Of a stretch of DNA of 60,553 nt, positions 58,484 to 60,553 are shown in pieces. The translations under genes were made by a program, and so were the position numbers. The notes beneath the pieces are model-generated. The model did not search any database and had not been told where the DNA came from. It worked only from the letters and a program-made list of their open reading frames with translations. Numbering within the stretch: position 1 is the stretch's first letter; the number at the start of each line of letters is the position of its first letter. Source of the stretch: Thermodesulfobacteriota bacterium (GTDB taxonomy: Bacteria > Desulfobacterota > BSN033 > WVXP01 > G020346125); contig JAQYWG010000001.1 of the NCBI GenBank assembly GCA_030145085.1, positions 1 through 60,553 on the forward strand, written 5' to 3'.

Positions 58484-60553
58484 ATGCTGAAAATCTCTCG
58501 GATTGGCCTTGCCCTTCCTCTTGTTGTTCTTTTGTTGCTTCTACCGGCAACCTCATTTGCGGATATCGAAAATCTCTATGCTGAAAGTTACTCAAGCAGC
58601 GTCGAGATCACCAATCCCTCCAATGCATATGGAGCCCCCGATGGAATTACGGCTGAATCCACCGACAAGGAGAAGTGGGGTGTGTTTCTGCAAAACTGGA
58701 CATTTTCAATGGCCGACAGCGGGAATACAACGGAGGTTTTCCAATCGGCTGAATTCTATTTCACCCACTATGTTGGCAATGGTTATTTTGAGGACTTCAT
58801 CGACCTCGAATATTCCCCGGATAACGGGGAAAACTGGTACCTCTTAAAAAGGTACACCGAATTGGATCCTCCTCCCGAGAGCCTCACTACCGAAGGGCCT
58901 TTCTCAGCGCCAGTCATAACCCACTGGACCCAAGTGGATAGCGCCAGGTTTCGAATTATAGGAAAAGGACAAGTCCTCGGTGAGGATGTTTTCAGGTGGT
59001 TTGTGGATGCCGTGGAGATGCGCGTTCAGTACACAATATCCGTGAAATTAACCCTCACGGGGACGGGGATCGCGCCCGCGACGGTGAATGCCGGAGATCA
59101 AAATGTGGGAATGGAGCGTATCGTCCTCGACCCGGGATCGGATACCATTGAGGTCAACAGTATTACCGTCACTCGGAGTGGAACCGCAAGGCCGTCCGAC
59201 GTGGGCACGGTAAGCCTCTACGACGACAGCGGAAGCACACCCGGTAGCTTCGATGCCGGGGATGTGGAAGTTTCCGGGGCATCGGGGATGTTCAGCGGAG
59301 CGACAGTCACCCTCACACCGACGACTCCCATAACCCTGATCGGGTCCCCGGAGACCTACTTCATCGTCTATGATGTCCCCCTCAGCGCGGTAAACGGCAG
59401 AACGCTGGGAGCGCAGATTAACGCCGGAACCGATATCGATCGTGACGCAGATATCGTCCTCCCCGGAGGAGCGGGTTTTCCGGAGCCACCGGTCGAGGAT
59501 AACGCCACCATCCAAGGAGGGGTGCCTCCCAAGACATTGACCCTGACGGGTACGGGCATCGCCCCGGCAACGGTCATGAACGGCCAGCTGGACGTCGGTA
59601 TGGTGAAATTGGATTTCGATCCGAACGGGGATACCATCCCCGTCTATGGAATGACGGTTACCCGAACGGGAACGGCCCTGGACTTCGATGTGGGGCTCGT
59701 GAGCTTGTATGACGATAGCGGGCCAACCCCGGGAATCTTCGATGCTGGCGATGCAGAGGTGCCCGGTGCGACGGGAACATTTGTCGGTGGTACGGTAACC
59801 CTCAACCCATTGACGCCCATGTCTCTGACGGGTTCTCCTCAAACCTATTACATCGTCTACGACATTGATGACAATGCCATCGATGGGAGAACGGTGGGGG
59901 GGCAGATCAATTCGGATGCCGATATCAATTCCGATGTTGATGTCAATGTCGAGGCGGGAGGAGGGGGCTTTCCGGAGCCCGTCGTAGAGGACAATGCCAT
60001 CATCAACGGTGTCGCCGGTGTCATAACGGTATACGGCGAGAGGAGGGTTACGACGCCGAGATATATTACGTGGGACGGAACTTCATGGTCAGGGGAAAAC
60101 AGCGCTCCAGACATAGGGGGAGAGATTCGCTGGGTAGTCCAGAGGTCCAGCCCTTTCAAGGATGAGAGAATCCTGGGAGTCCTGGACGAAGACGGGCATC
60201 TCAATCTGGAAGTTTGGGATGGCACGAGCTGGGCAGCCCCCCTCGAGGTCACCACATCCATCGGGGCCGCCAACAGCGCCTATCGGGGCTTCGATATTAC
60301 CTACGATCACGTTGGCGGAGACGCGATGGTGGTCTATCACAACGGCGGAAATGACCCGGAGTACAGGATTTGGGACGGGAATAACTGGAGTGGGGCGTCT
60401 GTTATTGACCTCCCCACCGGCGGCGTCCCGGTATGGATAAAGATGGTGCCGGACGCCTCAGGAAGCGATGAGATTATCCTCGTGACACTTGATACTTCCA
60501 ATACCGTAACGGCGGCGGTATGGGATGGCAGTAGCTGGGGCAATACCATCTCC
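58484..60553 (+). CDS. Secreted multi-domain repeat protein, 5' partial (runs off the window, at least 690 aa)
   Basis: Not in the ORF track because it has no stop in the window. The frame is open from ATG 58484 to the end, by my manual translation. Signal peptide MLKISRIGLALPLVVLLLLLPATSFA. Two repeats of about 163 aa (59042-59530 and 59531-60019). Four W-D-G-x-x-W units spaced about 50 aa apart (60071, 60215, 60371, 60521). Confidence 0.78.
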   Translation, partial: MLKISRIGLALPLVVLLLLLPATSFADIENLYAESYSSSVEITNPSNAYGAPDGITAESTDKEKWGVFLQNWTFSMADSGNTTEVFQSAEFYFTHYVGNGYFEDFIDLEYSPDNGENWYLLKRYTELDPPPESLTTEGPFSAPVITHWTQVDSARFRIIGKGQVLGEDVFRWFVDAVEMRVQYTISVKLTLTGTGIAPATVNAGDQNVGMERIVLDPGSDTIEVNSITVTRSGTARPSDVGTVSLYDDSGSTPGSFDAGDVEVSGASGMFSGATVTLTPTTPITLIGSPETYFIVYDVPLSAVNGRTLGAQINAGTDIDRDADIVLPGGAGFPEPPVEDNATIQGGVPPKTLTLTGTGIAPATVMNGQLDVGMVKLDFDPNGDTIPVYGMTVTRTGTALDFDVGLVSLYDDSGPTPGIFDAGDAEVPGATGTFVGGTVTLNPLTPMSLTGSPQTYYIVYDIDDNAIDGRTVGGQINSDADINSDVDVNVEAGGGGFPEPVVEDNAIINGVAGVITVYGERRVTTPRYITWDGTSWSGENSAPDIGGEIRWVVQRSSPFKDERILGVLDEDGHLNLEVWDGTSWAAPLEVTTSIGAANSAYRGFDITYDHVGGDAMVVYHNGGNDPEYRIWDGNNWSGASVIDLPTGGVPVWIKMVPDASGSDEIILVTLDTSNTVTAAVWDGSSWGNTIS

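Noticed and set aside
59048-60273. 264-aa and 138-aa minus-strand ORFs at the window end
   Set aside because: They are Arg/Gly/Pro-rich low-complexity translations antisense to the plus-strand ORF, which has a signal peptide and coherent domain repeats.

Overview
This 60.5 kb window comes from an anaerobe-like bacterial genome. It encodes a tungsten-type aldehyde:ferredoxin oxidoreductase, a four-subunit 2-oxoacid:ferredoxin oxidoreductase and PyrK/PyrD type B dihydroorotate dehydrogenase. The sequence alone does not place it taxonomically. Two type IV filament gene clusters dominate. Cluster 1 (1.6-16.0 kb, + strand) starts at a sigma-54 promoter. It encodes an MglA small-GTPase module with three Roadblock-domain proteins, two PATAN proteins, a Cache-HAMP sensor with no output domain and a CheW-like protein. 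A soluble PAS kinase, a sigma-54 activator and pilMNOPQ (secretin with three AMIN domains) follow. Cluster 2 (26.2-46.2 kb) encodes an ExeA/MshM-like ATPase, a second PilM, a PilN-like protein, a PilO-PilP fusion, a short secretin, PilB and PilC. Next, on the minus strand, two paralogous HAMP-PAS kinases flank a REC-GAF-HD-GYP regulator. Then come a second sigma-54 activator, a sigma-54-dependent Cys-less pilin, two minor pilins, an 807-aa PilX_N-type protein and a second pilin paralog. Housekeeping genes lie between and after the clusters: aor, recJ, pyrDK, rimI, mobA, dnaJ-yacG, ccsA, the oxidoreductase operon, an aminotransferase, a NUDIX hydrolase and cinA. Three families of intergenic repeats occur. 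One is a MITE-like pair bracketing a 4-gene block. An ORF of at least 690 aa for a secreted repeat protein runs off the 3' end and is absent from the ORF track. I saw no rRNA, tRNA, CRISPR array, transposase or integrase.
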